A stretch of 64,000 nucleotides of DNA from Halarcobacter sp. (lineage in GTDB: Bacteria > Campylobacterota > Campylobacteria > Campylobacterales > Arcobacteraceae): assembly GCA_048571215.1 (NCBI GenBank), contig CP182352.1, positions 320,001 through 384,000 on the forward strand, given 5' to 3'. How positions within the stretch are numbered: the stretch's first letter is position 1; every line of letters starts with the position of its first letter. The translations under genes and the position numbers were made by a program. Under the pieces are notes generated by a model. It saw only the letters and a list, made by a program, of their open reading frames with translations, did no database searches and was not told the DNA's origin. Shown one piece after another: positions 31,370-42,343 of this stretch.

Positions 31370-33496
31370 TTATGTAATCAAAAGTAGTGTAACTCTATAG
31401 GTGATAAATGATAAAACCCATGCGGTTGTTGTAGTAAAAACAAATAGGTAAACTAAATATTTCCAACCACCTGCTTCCCTTGTAAATACCATTGAAGCAG
31501 CTAAACAAGGTAGATAAATCATAACAAAAACTATAAATGCAACTGCTGATGCAAATGGTATATTATTTTTTATTTTATTAATTAAACTCTCACTACTTTC
31601 ATCAAGTTCTTGTCCCAAACCATATAAAATACCAAGGGTTGATACTACTATCTCTTTTGCTGCTAAACCAGTCTCTAGTGCTATTGTCATTTTCCAATCA
31701 AAACCAAGTGGCGCAAATAAAGGCTCAGAAAATTTACCAACTTTCCCTAGATATGAATTTTCAAGATTATATTGAGTTAATTGATTTTCTAAAAGTTTTT
31801 TCTCTTCAATACTTGAAGCTTGTTCTATTTTGATATTAACACTTTTTTCATACTCTGGATTTTTTGGGTAATTTGATGCAAACCAAATAAGTAATGATGC
31901 AGCTAGTATATAGGTACCAGCTTTTTTTAGATACATTAAAGCTTGATTTGAAACAGTATGCCAAATAAGCTTAAATGAGGGCAATCTATATTTTGGCATC
32001 TCCATTACAAAGGGTTCATCTTCACTTTTAAATACAGTCATTTTTAATATTTTTGCAGCAATTAAACCTAAAACTGCTCCTGCAATATATATAAGAAATA
32101 AAACATTTCCAGCATTTTCTTTTGCAAAAAATGCTCCAATAAATAGTACATAAATAGGAAGTCTAGCTCCACAACTCATAAAACCAATGATAAATAAAGT
32201 TAATAATCTATCTCTGTCATTTTTAAGTGTTCGTGCTGCCATATATGCTGGTACTGAACAACCAAAGCCAGTAACTAAAGGGATAAATGATTTGCCATGT
32301 AGTCCAAATTTATGGAAAAAACCATCAAGTAAAAAGGCAACTCTACTCATATATCCTGTAGTTTCAAGCAAGGCAATACCTAAAAATAAAATTACAATAT
32401 TTGGCAAAAATAGTATAACAGCACCAACACCTGCAATTGCTCCATCTGCTATTATAGAAGAGAGTTCATTGTCACCTAAGAAAAGCTTAGTATTATCAAT
32501 TAAGTTTGCAAAAAAAGCATCTATGATATCCATTGGGATATTTCCAAGTTCAAAGGTCATTTGAAATAAAGCCCACATTAAAAAAAGAAAAATAGGCAAA
32601 CCTAAAAATTTATTAATAAGAATAGAATCGATTTTATCTGTTAAGGTTTTTTTCTCTTCATATGCACTTTTCATGCTAACAGTTTCAGTTACTGCACCCC
32701 TTGCAAATGAAAATTTCTCATCTTCAAAAATATCATCAGGGTTTTTTGTATTGTAGTGTAAATATATATGTTCAAAAGAGTGGTTTAATAAAGGTTGTAA
32801 CTCTATCCAAATGGGATCATCGTGAAACTGTAGATAAATCTTCTTATCATTTTGCAAGAGTTTTATAGCTATCTCTCTATAGTGCATATCACTTTCATAT
32901 CTTTTTTCAACTAAAAAACTTTTTATATTAGATATCTCTTCTTCAATAACATCAGAAAAGATTAGTTTTGATTCAAATTTTGGTGATTCAAACTTTTCAA
33001 TTAAAAGTTCTATTAAGGTATCAATACCAAATTTATCCTTTGCAGAGGTTTTTACACAAGGTTTTCCAATGATTTTACTTAACTGTATCTCATCAATAGA
33101 TATTCCCTCTTTATTTGCTTCATCGGTCATATTAAGTGCAATTACCATTTTTTTATCTAAAATAAGTAGCTCACTTGTAAGATATAAATTTCTTTCTAAA
33201 TTAGTAGAGTCTAAGACATTTAAAATTATGTCATACTTAGCTTCTTCCAAATAGTTTTTTGTAACTTTTTCTTCAATTGTATACTCATTTAAAGCATAAG
33301 AACCAGGTAAATCAGTAATCTCAAATATATAATTTTTGTATTCAAACTCTATTTGGGTTTTTTCAACTGTAACCCCTGAGAAATTTCCTACTTTTAATTT
33401 AGAATTTGATATTGAGTTGATAAGCATAGATTTACCAACATTAGGTTGTCCTACTAGGGCAATTTTAATCTTTTTTTGTTCACTTATTTCTCGCAT
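31370..33496 (-). CDS. feoB: Ferrous iron transporter FeoB
   Basis: GQPNVGKS, DLPG, NMTD GTPase motifs; GFGCSVP and MSCGARLP gate motifs. Confidence 0.98.
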   Translation of the reverse strand: MREISEQKKIKIALVGQPNVGKSMLINSISNSKLKVGNFSGVTVEKTQIEFEYKNYIFEITDLPGSYALNEYTIEEKVTKNYLEEAKYDIILNVLDSTNLERNLYLTSELLILDKKMVIALNMTDEANKEGISIDEIQLSKIIGKPCVKTSAKDKFGIDTLIELLIEKFESPKFESKLIFSDVIEEEISNIKSFLVEKRYESDMHYREIAIKLLQNDKKIYLQFHDDPIWIELQPLLNHSFEHIYLHYNTKNPDDIFEDEKFSFARGAVTETVSMKSAYEEKKTLTDKIDSILINKFLGLPIFLFLMWALFQMTFELGNIPMDIIDAFFANLIDNTKLFLGDNELSSIIADGAIAGVGAVILFLPNIVILFLGIALLETTGYMSRVAFLLDGFFHKFGLHGKSFIPLVTGFGCSVPAYMAARTLKNDRDRLLTLFIIGFMSCGARLPIYVLFIGAFFAKENAGNVLFLIYIAGAVLGLIAAKILKMTVFKSEDEPFVMEMPKYRLPSFKLIWHTVSNQALMYLKKAGTYILAASLLIWFASNYPKNPEYEKSVNIKIEQASSIEEKKLLENQLTQYNLENSYLGKVGKFSEPLFAPLGFDWKMTIALETGLAAKEIVVSTLGILYGLGQELDESSESLINKIKNNIPFASAVAFIVFVMIYLPCLAASMVFTREAGGWKYLVYLFVFTTTTAWVLSFITYRVTLLLIT

Positions 33497-33720
33497 TGAG
33501 TTTTCTCTACTTCTATTGTTTCTGCTTCTGTAACTCTTAGTGCAATTTTTGTATTATTTACTTTTATCTCTATTGTATTTCTTGATAAGGTTTGTTCTAT
33601 TACAAAAATAGTTGAACCCTTTACTATACCAAATGAGTTAAATCTCGCTTTTAATACTGAATTTGTATTAATATTTACTATTTTACCACACTCATTTTTT
33701 CTTAATTCACTTAGTTTCAC
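33484..33720 (-). CDS. feoA: Ferrous iron transport protein FeoA
   Basis: 78 aa SH3-like protein immediately upstream of feoB; IALR motif. Confidence 0.92.
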   Translation of the reverse strand: MKLSELRKNECGKIVNINTNSVLKARFNSFGIVKGSTIFVIEQTLSRNTIEIKVNNTKIALRVTEAETIEVEKTQCEK

Positions 33721-33773
33721 ACTTTACCTTAAAATAATATTGTTTAATTATAAATAAATAGTATATCAAATAT

Positions 33774-33812
33774 ATGATAATAGTTACATTTTACTAAAGA
33801 ATAACTATCATT
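33774..33812. promoter_or_regulatory. Fur-box-like sites in the divergent feoA/fur intergenic region
   Basis: ATGATAATAGTTACAT and AAGAATAACTATCATT resemble TGATAATnATTATCA. Confidence 0.6.
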
Positions 33813-33895
33813 TTCAATTTTGTTACTTGTTTTTAACTTCCTTTGATTTAGATTTTGCAATAATTATTCCAATACAAATAGTTTAAGGTTTTAAA

Positions 33896-34339
33896 ATGAT
33901 AAAAAGTGATGATATAATTGATGAATTGAAAAAAATTGTTAAACAAAAAGGTTTAAAATATACAGAACAAAGAGAGATTGTATTAAGTGTATTACTTCAT
34001 GCTGATGGACATTTAACAGCAGAAGAGGTTTATAATTTAATAAAAACAAAAAAACCTGATTCAAACATTGGTATTGCCACTGTGTATAGGGCTTTGAGTT
34101 TTTTAGAAGAGGTAAACTTAATCACATCAATCAATTTTGGTGTAGATGGAAAAAAATTTGAAAGTAATCAAAAAGAACATCATGACCATCTTATTTGTAC
34201 CTCATGTGGTGCTATTGTAGAGTTTATGGATAATGAAATAGAAAAAAGACAAGAGCGAATTGCAAAGAAAAATAAATTTAAGGTTACAAGTCACTCTATG
34301 CAATTATATGGTGTATGTAAGAAATGTCAAGGGGACTAG
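33896..34339 (+). CDS. fur: Ferric uptake regulator
   Basis: GLKYTEQR, HLTAEE, GIATVYR, HHDHLIC..C, CxxC; divergent from feoAB. Confidence 0.93.
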   Translation: MIKSDDIIDELKKIVKQKGLKYTEQREIVLSVLLHADGHLTAEEVYNLIKTKKPDSNIGIATVYRALSFLEEVNLITSINFGVDGKKFESNQKEHHDHLICTSCGAIVEFMDNEIEKRQERIAKKNKFKVTSHSMQLYGVCKKCQGD

Positions 34340-34836
34340 TTAAAATCATTTTTTAACTGTTCTACCCATTTTTTTACTCTTTTTAAAGTTAAACTTTTTT
34401 GATTTATTAAATCTATAGCCAATCCTACAAACTGATCTTCAACAACTGCTTTTGATGAGTTAAAATCATAGCTTTTTGTTGAAGTAAAACCAATCATCTC
34501 TGCATTTGATTTTTTAAGTTGTTCATATAATATGCCCATAGCATCTACAAAATTGTTAGGGTAATTTTTTTGATCACCTAAGCCAAAAATAGCAACTTTT
34601 TTCCCATTAAAATCAATTTTCGAAAAATCTTCCCAAATTTTTTCCCATTCATTTTGCATAGTACCACGATTATATGTTGAAATACCAAATATTAAATTAT
34701 CATAATCTCTTATAAAATCACTAGTTGTGATTTTTATATCAAATTTTTTAATTTGATCTAATTGACTTGATATTTCATTGGCAACTTCTTTGGTATCTCC
34801 GGAACTACTTGAATAGAATATTGCTGTATTCTTCAT
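34336..34836 (-). CDS. fldA: Long-chain flavodoxin
   Basis: YSSSSGDT FMN loop, FGLGDQ, FVGLAID. Confidence 0.88.
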   Translation of the reverse strand: MKNTAIFYSSSSGDTKEVANEISSQLDQIKKFDIKITTSDFIRDYDNLIFGISTYNRGTMQNEWEKIWEDFSKIDFNGKKVAIFGLGDQKNYPNNFVDAMGILYEQLKKSNAEMIGFTSTKSYDFNSSKAVVEDQFVGLAIDLINQKSLTLKRVKKWVEQLKNDFN

Positions 34837-34951
34837 ATCGTACTCCTTAAATCTTAATTATAAATATTATATCAGGTTTTATTAGATTTATGTTATTATT
34901 TTGTACTTAAAAAATACTTTTAACTTTAAGTAACTTAAAAAAAGGGAAATA

Positions 34952-35857
34952 TTGAATAAAATTTTAATATTATTTTTTCTTATAATTGTAAATATTTTTG
35001 CTTCAGGAATAACTGCTATACCAACAAATATCGCATACGATAAAAACAAAGCACTCTTAGGAAAAAAACTTTTTTTTGATACTAGATTATCAAAAAACAA
35101 TACTATATCTTGTGCAACTTGTCATGATTTAAAAAATGGTGGAGATGATGGTTTGAAATTCTCTTTTGGAATAGATGGACAAGAGGGGAGTGTTAATGCT
35201 CCAACTGTTTTAAATGCGGTATTTAATTTTAGACAATTTTGGGATGGAAGAGCAAAAAATTTAAAAGAACAAGCCCTAGGACCAGTTGAAAATCCAATTG
35301 AGATGGGTCATAATTTTAAGGATTTAGTTAAAGAGTTGAAAAATACTGAGTATGAAGAGATTTTTTCTAAAATCTATGATGATGGGATTACCAAAGATAA
35401 TATAGCAGACTCAATTGCAGAATTTGAAAAAACATTAATAACTCCAAACTCTAGATTTGATAGGTTTCTAAAAGGTGATAAAGATGCACTTTCAGATTTT
35501 GAAAAACAAGGTTATGAGATTTTTAAAATGAAAGGTTGTATTGCATGTCATCATGGTAGAAATGTTGGGGGCAATTCATATAATCGTTTTGGAGTTATTG
35601 TGGATGTAAAAAACAATAATCTAGGACGATATAATATAACAAAAGATGAAAGAGATAAATATAATTTCAAAGTACCTAGTTTAAGAAGTATAGAGTTAAC
35701 ATCTCCATATTTTAATGATGGAAGAGTAGATACATTAAAAGAAGCTGTTGAAACAATGTCTGAAGTACAACTTGGCAGACCCATTTCTGAGGATGAAGTT
35801 GAAAAAATTGTCGCTTTTTTAAAAACCTTAACGGCAGATGTTAAAATAATAGAATAA
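34952..35857 (+). CDS. Di-heme cytochrome c peroxidase family protein
   Basis: CATCH and CIACH, QFWDGRA, FKVPSLR, AVETM Met ligand. Confidence 0.9.
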   Translation: MNKILILFFLIIVNIFASGITAIPTNIAYDKNKALLGKKLFFDTRLSKNNTISCATCHDLKNGGDDGLKFSFGIDGQEGSVNAPTVLNAVFNFRQFWDGRAKNLKEQALGPVENPIEMGHNFKDLVKELKNTEYEEIFSKIYDDGITKDNIADSIAEFEKTLITPNSRFDRFLKGDKDALSDFEKQGYEIFKMKGCIACHHGRNVGGNSYNRFGVIVDVKNNNLGRYNITKDERDKYNFKVPSLRSIELTSPYFNDGRVDTLKEAVETMSEVQLGRPISEDEVEKIVAFLKTLTADVKIIE

Positions 35858-35871
35858 TTATAAGTAAAAGT

Positions 35872-38716
35872 ATGGGAATTTTTAAAAATAAATTTAATTT
35901 ACAAATATTGATATTTACTATATTGATTAGTTCTTTATTTATCTATTTATACAAGATTGAAATAAATGTTAGAAATTTCAACAACTATAAAAATGAGATA
36001 AACTCTTTAAATGTTTTGAATTTAAGATTTAATATATTTTTAAATAAAAAAGATAAATTCATAAATTTTGATGAGATTGTCTCTCAAATAAATAGTTTTG
36101 ATAAGATATTAAACTCTTTACAAAATAGTAAAATAAAAAAAGATTTCGGTTCAAATATTATCTATATATTAAATAGTATCGAAAAAGATTTTAATAAAAA
36201 ACTGCTAATAATTGAAAAATTTAAATCCTTACAAGCTACAGATTTAAACTCTATCCATTTTGTTTATGATATTAATCAATATTATGAAAAAAATGAAAAT
36301 CTAAATAAAAATTTAAAACTTTTTATAAATAAAACGCAATTTTTATTATTACAATATTTTTTAGATTTAAGTGAAAATAAAAATGAGATTTATAAAAATT
36401 TGATCCATATAAAAGATGCGAATAAAAATCTAAAACTAGATAGATTAAAGTTATTTAATAGACATGTTACTAGAATATTAAATAATGTTGATTTAAAAAA
36501 AGAGTTGATATTTAATTCCCAAAAAATAAATTTAGGAAAAAAAATTGTAAGTTTAGAAAAACTATTACAAGCAGAATATGAAAAAAAACTATTTTATCAA
36601 CAAATAATTGCTACAATCTTTTTTCTTTCAATTATGGCTATTCTTTTTATAGTTTATATTCAACACCTAAGAACTTTAAAAATAAAAAGAGAATTATCTG
36701 CTTTTAAATATGCTGTTGAAAATAGTGATAACTCTATAGTTTTAACAGACTCAAGTAGGAAAATCTTATATGTAAATGATATTTTTGAAAAAAATACAGG
36801 TTACTTCAAAGATGAGTTATTGGGTGAAAAACCAAAAGTTTTAAGTTCAGGACTAACTTCCCAAGAGATATATGATGATTTAAATAAAAAATTAGAATCT
36901 GGAGAAAAATGGGAAGGTGAATTTATAAATAAAAGAAAAAATGGTTCAATCTTTTATGAAAAAGCATCAATTGTACCAATTAAAATAGATGATGAAGTGG
37001 TTAATTATCTAGCAATAAAACTTGATGTAACAAAATATATAGAACAAAATGAAAAGCTAAAGCTCTCATCTATTGCTTTTAATAATATTCAAGAGGGAGT
37101 TTTAATTTGTGATAAAGATGAAAAAATACTAGCTGTAAATAAGGCCTTTGAAATCATAAGTGGATATAGACAAAGTGAACTTATAGATAAAAGACCAAAT
37201 ATTTTTAAATCGGGCAATCATGATATATTTTTCTATAAAGAAATGTGGAATGAACTAAATGAAAATGGTTACTGGAAGGGTAAAATATACGATAAAAGAA
37301 AAGATGGAAAAGTTATACCTATTTGGTTGAATATAACTCAAGTAAAAAATAAAGATGGTAAAATCTCAAAATATATAGCAGTACATACAAATTTAGAGGA
37401 GATTATAAAAAACCAAGAAAAAGCTGATTATCTTGCCTATCATGATAGTTTAACCTCTTTGCCAAATAGAGTTAAATTAGAAGAGGACTTAAACTACACT
37501 TTAAATTTTGTAAAAAGAAATGAACTAAATCTATTTTTATTATTTATAGATTTGGATAGATTTAAAATAATCAATGATACCTTAGGGCATGATATAGGTG
37601 ATGAGTTACTAAAAATTGTATCAAAAAGGATTAAAAATATTTTAAGGGATACAGATATAGTTACTAGAATGGGTGGAGATGAGTTTATTGTAGTTTTAGA
37701 TTCTGCTAGAAATAAAAAAGCAGCAGGTTATGTTTGTGAATCAATTTTATCAATTATAAAAGAGCCTATTATAATAGGAGAACACTCTTTAAATATTAGT
37801 GCAAGTTATAGGAGTATCAATGTATCCTGATGATGGGGAAGATATAACTTCTTTAGTGAAAAATGCAGATACTGCAATGTACCAAGCAAAAAAATTAGGG
37901 AAAAACACTTACCACTATTATGATCAGGAGTTATCTGTAATTGTACATAAACAACTACAAATAGAACAAGCTTTAAAAGAAGCCCTAGCAAAAGAACAGA
38001 TGTTCTTAAATTATCAACCTCAATATCTTTTAGATACAAAAGAGATTATAGCCTTTGAAGCACTTGTTAGATGGATACATCCAGAAATAGGATTTGTACC
38101 TCCCGATAAGTTTATCCCTATAGCAGAAGATACAGGAAGTATAGTTGAGATTGGTAGGTTTGTTTTTGAAAAAGCGTGTGAAGATTTTAAAAAGTTTAAA
38201 GAGGTCAAAAAAAATCTAAAATATATTGCAATAAATATTTCAAGTATCCAATTTAAAGATAAAAATTTTATAAATGATATAACATCAATAGTAAAAAAAT
38301 ATGATTTAAAACCAAATGAGGTGGAACTTGAGGTAACAGAGCGTTACTTAATGGATTTTTCAAAAAACAATCTACATACTATTGATATGATTAGAGACTT
38401 AGGGTTTAGATTCTCTATTGATGATTTTGGTACGGGATATTCATCTATGAGTTACTTAACAAAACTTCCAATAGATGTAATAAAAGTAGATAAATCGTTT
38501 ATTGATGGTATTCCTAAAGATAATAACAATATTCAAATTTCAAAAGCAATTATAGTCTTATCAAAAAGTTTAGGCTTTAGTGTTACAGCTGAAGGGATTG
38601 AAAATAGTGAACAAGAAGATTTCTTGAAAATTCAAAAATGTAATCTAGGGCAAGGGTATCTATTTTCAAAACCTTTAAGTTTTGAAGATAGTTTGGCTTT
38701 ACTAAAAAAAGAGTAG
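35872..38716 (+). pseudogene. Membrane sensor (periplasmic helical domain)-PAS-PAS-GGDEF-EAL, split by a +1 frameshift at ~37806
   Basis: The GGDEF domain (RMGGDEF) reads LNISAS in one frame and continues IGVSMYPDDG...EAL...DDFGTGYSS in the next; AGTTATA has one extra T relative to AGT ATA. Could be a sequencing error. Confidence 0.85.
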
Positions 38717-39019
38717 TTATTTACTCTTTTTCCCAGGAAGGTATTTAAAAAATAGATATAGTACTAATACCATTACTATAACTATTAAAACTGACTGAAC
38801 ACTTAACTCAACTTCTGGACCAACACCTCTTTGGTAATTCTTTGGCATAAAAAGAAACATAGTAGAAAGCAACATAAAAGATGCGGTAATTATTGCAATT
38901 AAGTGTGCAAATACCATATGAAATTTATCTTTATAAAAATCTTTTACCATTTTCCATGTTATAAATGAAGCTGTAAATACAATCACTAGTACTATAATCT
39001 TGTCATAATTTGGTTCCAT
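38717..39019 (-). CDS. Small 3-TM membrane protein
   Basis: 100 aa, three hydrophobic segments, AAGGA RBS. Confidence 0.7.
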   Translation of the reverse strand: MEPNYDKIIVLVIVFTASFITWKMVKDFYKDKFHMVFAHLIAIITASFMLLSTMFLFMPKNYQRGVGPEVELSVQSVLIVIVMVLVLYLFFKYLPGKKSK

Positions 39020-39128
39020 AACAATCCTTAAATAAAATGAACTATATTTTATGGAGTATTTACTTAAAGTAGCTTTTAAATTTTTAAATATTGTTAACTT
39101 ATATGAAAATAGGTTAATATTTACAATA

Positions 39129-39147
39129 TTGTATATAGAATATACAA
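39129..39147. promoter_or_regulatory. Perfect palindrome, candidate operator upstream of the glucosylglycerate/ED gene run
   Basis: TTGTATAT-aga-ATATACAA, about 20 bp upstream of a TATAAT. Confidence 0.4.
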
Positions 39148-39188
39148 GATTAACTTATATCAAAGTATATATAATGTTATCATTTTAT

Positions 39189-39983
39189 ATGAAAAAGATA
39201 ATATTTACAGATTTAGATGGAACTTTCTTAAATCATGATGACTACTCTTTTACTAGTTCACAAGAAGCTTTAAAATTAATTTCGAAAGAAAACATACCCT
39301 TAATATTTACAACAAGCAAAACAAAAACAGAAGTGGAGTTACTTCAAAAAGAGGTTGGGATAAAAGAGCCTTTTATTGTTGAAAATGGTGCAGCTATATT
39401 TTTTCCAAAAGATTATAAAAATTTTGATTTATCATTTCTTGATTTAAAAGATGACTATTATGTAGTTCAACTAGGGCTTAGTTATAAACAGATTTTAAAT
39501 TTTTATAATAAATATAAAGATGAGTTTGGAATGTATGGCTTTAGTGATATGAGTGATAAAGAACTTGGGGAATTTACCTCTTTAAGTAAAGATAAAATTA
39601 GATTAAGTAAAAGTAGGGGTTTTACAGAACCATTTATTTTAAAAGATAAAACAAAACTAAAAAATTTAAAAGCTTTAGCTTTAACCTATAAGATAAAAGT
39701 AACAAAAGGTGGTAGGTTTTATCATTTAATTGGTGAACACCAAGATAAAGGGGTTGCTGTTAAAAAAGCAAAAGAGATTTTTAAAAAGATATATCAAAAA
39801 AAAGTTGTATCAATAGGTTTAGGAGATGGACCAAATGATATAGAGATGTTAAAAAATGTTAATATACCTATTATAATTAAAAATCATAAGGGTGAATATT
39901 TAAAAACAGATATAAAATCTGTACAAAAATCCTCTTTCAAGGGTTCAAAAGGGTGGAATGAGATGGTGATTAAAAATGTCTAA
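39189..39983 (+). CDS. gpgP: Glucosyl/mannosyl-3-phosphoglycerate phosphatase (HAD IIB)
   Basis: Likely ATG at 39189 (MKKIIFTDLDGT); TSKT, ENGA, GGRFYH, GLGDGPND. Confidence 0.8.
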   Translation: MKKIIFTDLDGTFLNHDDYSFTSSQEALKLISKENIPLIFTTSKTKTEVELLQKEVGIKEPFIVENGAAIFFPKDYKNFDLSFLDLKDDYYVVQLGLSYKQILNFYNKYKDEFGMYGFSDMSDKELGEFTSLSKDKIRLSKSRGFTEPFILKDKTKLKNLKALALTYKIKVTKGGRFYHLIGEHQDKGVAVKKAKEIFKKIYQKKVVSIGLGDGPNDIEMLKNVNIPIIIKNHKGEYLKTDIKSVQKSSFKGSKGWNEMVIKNV

Positions 39984-41139
39984 ACAGTTACTAGAAAAAA
40001 TATATTTTGAAGCTTTAAAAAAAGTAAAAGCAAACTCTATAATAAAAGATAATATATCAATAAATAAAGATATCTTGACAATTGTTGAAAAAAAATATGA
40101 TTTAAAAAATTTCAATAAACTTTATATTTTTGGTATTGGTAAAGCAGCCTATGCTATGGCAAAAGAGTGTGAAACTATTTTAGGTAAAAAAATAAGTGAT
40201 GGAGTTGTAATATCAACGTCTAAAGGGGATTTAAAATACCTTAAACATTTTACTTCAACTCACCCTTTAGTATCTAAAAAAAGTGAAGAAGCAGCAGATT
40301 TATTGATTGAAAAAATTGAACAATTAAAAAAAGATGATCTATTTATTTTTTTTCTCTCGGGAGGAGCTTCTGCAATGGTTGAAAAACCAATTAAAGGGAT
40401 AAGTCTTGAGGATTTTACTAAAATCTCTAAAGCTCTTCTAACAAGTGGAATAGATATCAAAGCTTTAAATAGTGTAAGAAAATCTATATCACAAATAAAA
40501 GGTGGAAAATTAGCCAATAAGTTTATAGCAAAAGGTGAGGTTTTAGTTTTAAGTGATGTAATTGGGGATGATATAAACACAATAGGATCAGCACCAATGA
40601 ATAATGGAAAGTTTGAACATCATATTGTTGGTAATAATAAAATTGCTTTAAAAGAGGCAAGAAAATTTATAAAAAAAGATGTACAAAAGGTGAAAATTGT
40701 CACCACAAAACTTGATAAAAGTACAAAAAAAGCAACAAAATATATAACAAACAAAATAAAAGAGTTTGATAAAAAATATGATAGTTTTTGTTTATTGTTT
40801 GCTGGTGAAACAACTACAATTGTAAATGGCAGTGGAGTAGGGGGACGAAACCAAGAGTTAGCACTTCGACTTCTTTTAGAAAACAGACCAAATGAAAATA
40901 TCTCGTTTTTATGTGCAGGTAGTGATGGAATAGATGGGAATTCAGATGCAACAGGAGCTTTTGTTGATAGTGAACTTTATAAAAAGTTAAAAAAATCAAA
41001 ATTAGACCCAAGAAAATATTTAAAAAATAGTGATAGTAACACATTCTTTAAAAGATTAGGATATGATTTTACAATAGGAATAACAGGTACAAATGTAATG
41101 GATTTTATTATAGTATTAAAGGATAAACAAAATGGCTGA
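39976..41139 (+). CDS. Glycerate kinase, MOFRL/DUF4147 type
   Basis: GIGKAA, SGGASA, KGG, SDVIGD, GGRNQE, GSDGIDG, TGTNVMD. Confidence 0.88.
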   Translation: MSKQLLEKIYFEALKKVKANSIIKDNISINKDILTIVEKKYDLKNFNKLYIFGIGKAAYAMAKECETILGKKISDGVVISTSKGDLKYLKHFTSTHPLVSKKSEEAADLLIEKIEQLKKDDLFIFFLSGGASAMVEKPIKGISLEDFTKISKALLTSGIDIKALNSVRKSISQIKGGKLANKFIAKGEVLVLSDVIGDDINTIGSAPMNNGKFEHHIVGNNKIALKEARKFIKKDVQKVKIVTTKLDKSTKKATKYITNKIKEFDKKYDSFCLLFAGETTTIVNGSGVGGRNQELALRLLLENRPNENISFLCAGSDGIDGNSDATGAFVDSELYKKLKKSKLDPRKYLKNSDSNTFFKRLGYDFTIGITGTNVMDFIIVLKDKQNG

Positions 41140-42343
41140 TTTTTTTCAAAATGGTGTGATAACTACCCTTCCAAACTTAGGTGATAGAAAACTAGAAGAT
41201 ATGGAAAAAGATTTAGAATATTATGGGAAAAGAAGAAGAATGGTTCTTTTATTACCAGCTTTGTATTCAGAATTTGAAACTCCTGCAATGCATAAAATTA
41301 TTGAAGAGTTAAAAGGTGTTAAATATTTGTATAAAATCATTTTAGGTTTAGATAGGGCAACACAAGAACAATTTGAAGAGGTTAAAAAACTGATGTCAGT
41401 TCTTCCTTGTAAGGTTGATGTTTTATGGAATGATGGACCTAGAATAAAAGAGTTATATGATGATTTGACAAAAGAGGGATTCCCTGGATTAGATACCCCT
41501 GGAAAAGGAAGAAACGTATGGACAATGATTGGTTATGGTTTGGCAGATAAAGATGCATATGCCTTTGCTTTACATGATTGTGATATTGTAAATTATAGTA
41601 AAGAGATACCTGCAAGATTATTTTATCCAATAGTACATACAGCTTTAGATTTTGAATTTAATAAAGGTTATTACTCAAGGGTTACAAATAAACTTCATGG
41701 TAGAGCAACTAGACTTTTATATACTCCTTTAATTAATTCCCTTACAAAAGTGTATGGAAGTAGTAGATATTTAGATTATATGGAAAGTTTTAGATATGCA
41801 CTATCTGGAGAGTTTTCATTTATAAGAAGTTTAGGTAGAGGGATTGGAATCTCTCCAACATGGGGTTTAGAGGTTTCAACATTAAGTGAGGTTTATAAAA
41901 ACACTTCAAATAAAAGAATCTGCCAAACTGAGATTATGGAGAGTTATGAACACAAACATCAAGAGTTAGGTGGAGTAGATACAGGTGGTGGTATTTATAA
42001 AATGGCTAATGATATAGCTAAAACACTTTTTAGAGTTATGGCACAAGAGGGTGTTGTTTTTTCAAAAGCTTCATTTAAAACTTTATTGGCTGCATATTTC
42101 CAAGAATCAAGATTTGAAATTTCAAAATATAACGCACTTAGTAAATTAAATGGTTTAGAGTATAACAGAGAAAAAGAGATAAAAGCTGTAGAAGCTTTTC
42201 AAGTTGCAATTGAAGAGGCAGCCAATGAGTTTTATAAAGATCCAATGGGAGTGCCTTCTTTATCACCATGGATTACTGTTCGTTCTGTTATGCCTGATTT
42301 TTCTGATAAGTTTGCTAAATATGTAGAAGAGGATAATCGATGA
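41132..42343 (+). CDS. gpgS: Glucosyl-3-phosphoglycerate synthase (glycosyltransferase)
   Basis: MADFFQNG start, GKGRNVW, HDCD, KGYYSR...GRATRL, YALSGEF, YEHKHQ. Confidence 0.82.
   Translation: MADFFQNGVITTLPNLGDRKLEDMEKDLEYYGKRRRMVLLLPALYSEFETPAMHKIIEELKGVKYLYKIILGLDRATQEQFEEVKKLMSVLPCKVDVLWNDGPRIKELYDDLTKEGFPGLDTPGKGRNVWTMIGYGLADKDAYAFALHDCDIVNYSKEIPARLFYPIVHTALDFEFNKGYYSRVTNKLHGRATRLLYTPLINSLTKVYGSSRYLDYMESFRYALSGEFSFIRSLGRGIGISPTWGLEVSTLSEVYKNTSNKRICQTEIMESYEHKHQELGGVDTGGGIYKMANDIAKTLFRVMAQEGVVFSKASFKTLLAAYFQESRFEISKYNALSKLNGLEYNREKEIKAVEAFQVAIEEAANEFYKDPMGVPSLSPWITVRSVMPDFSDKFAKYVEEDNR

Noticed and set aside
37799..37830. Programmed frameshift or phase-variable tract in the GGDEF-EAL gene
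   Set aside because: No slippery heptamer or homopolymer at the site; a point insertion or sequencing error is more likely.
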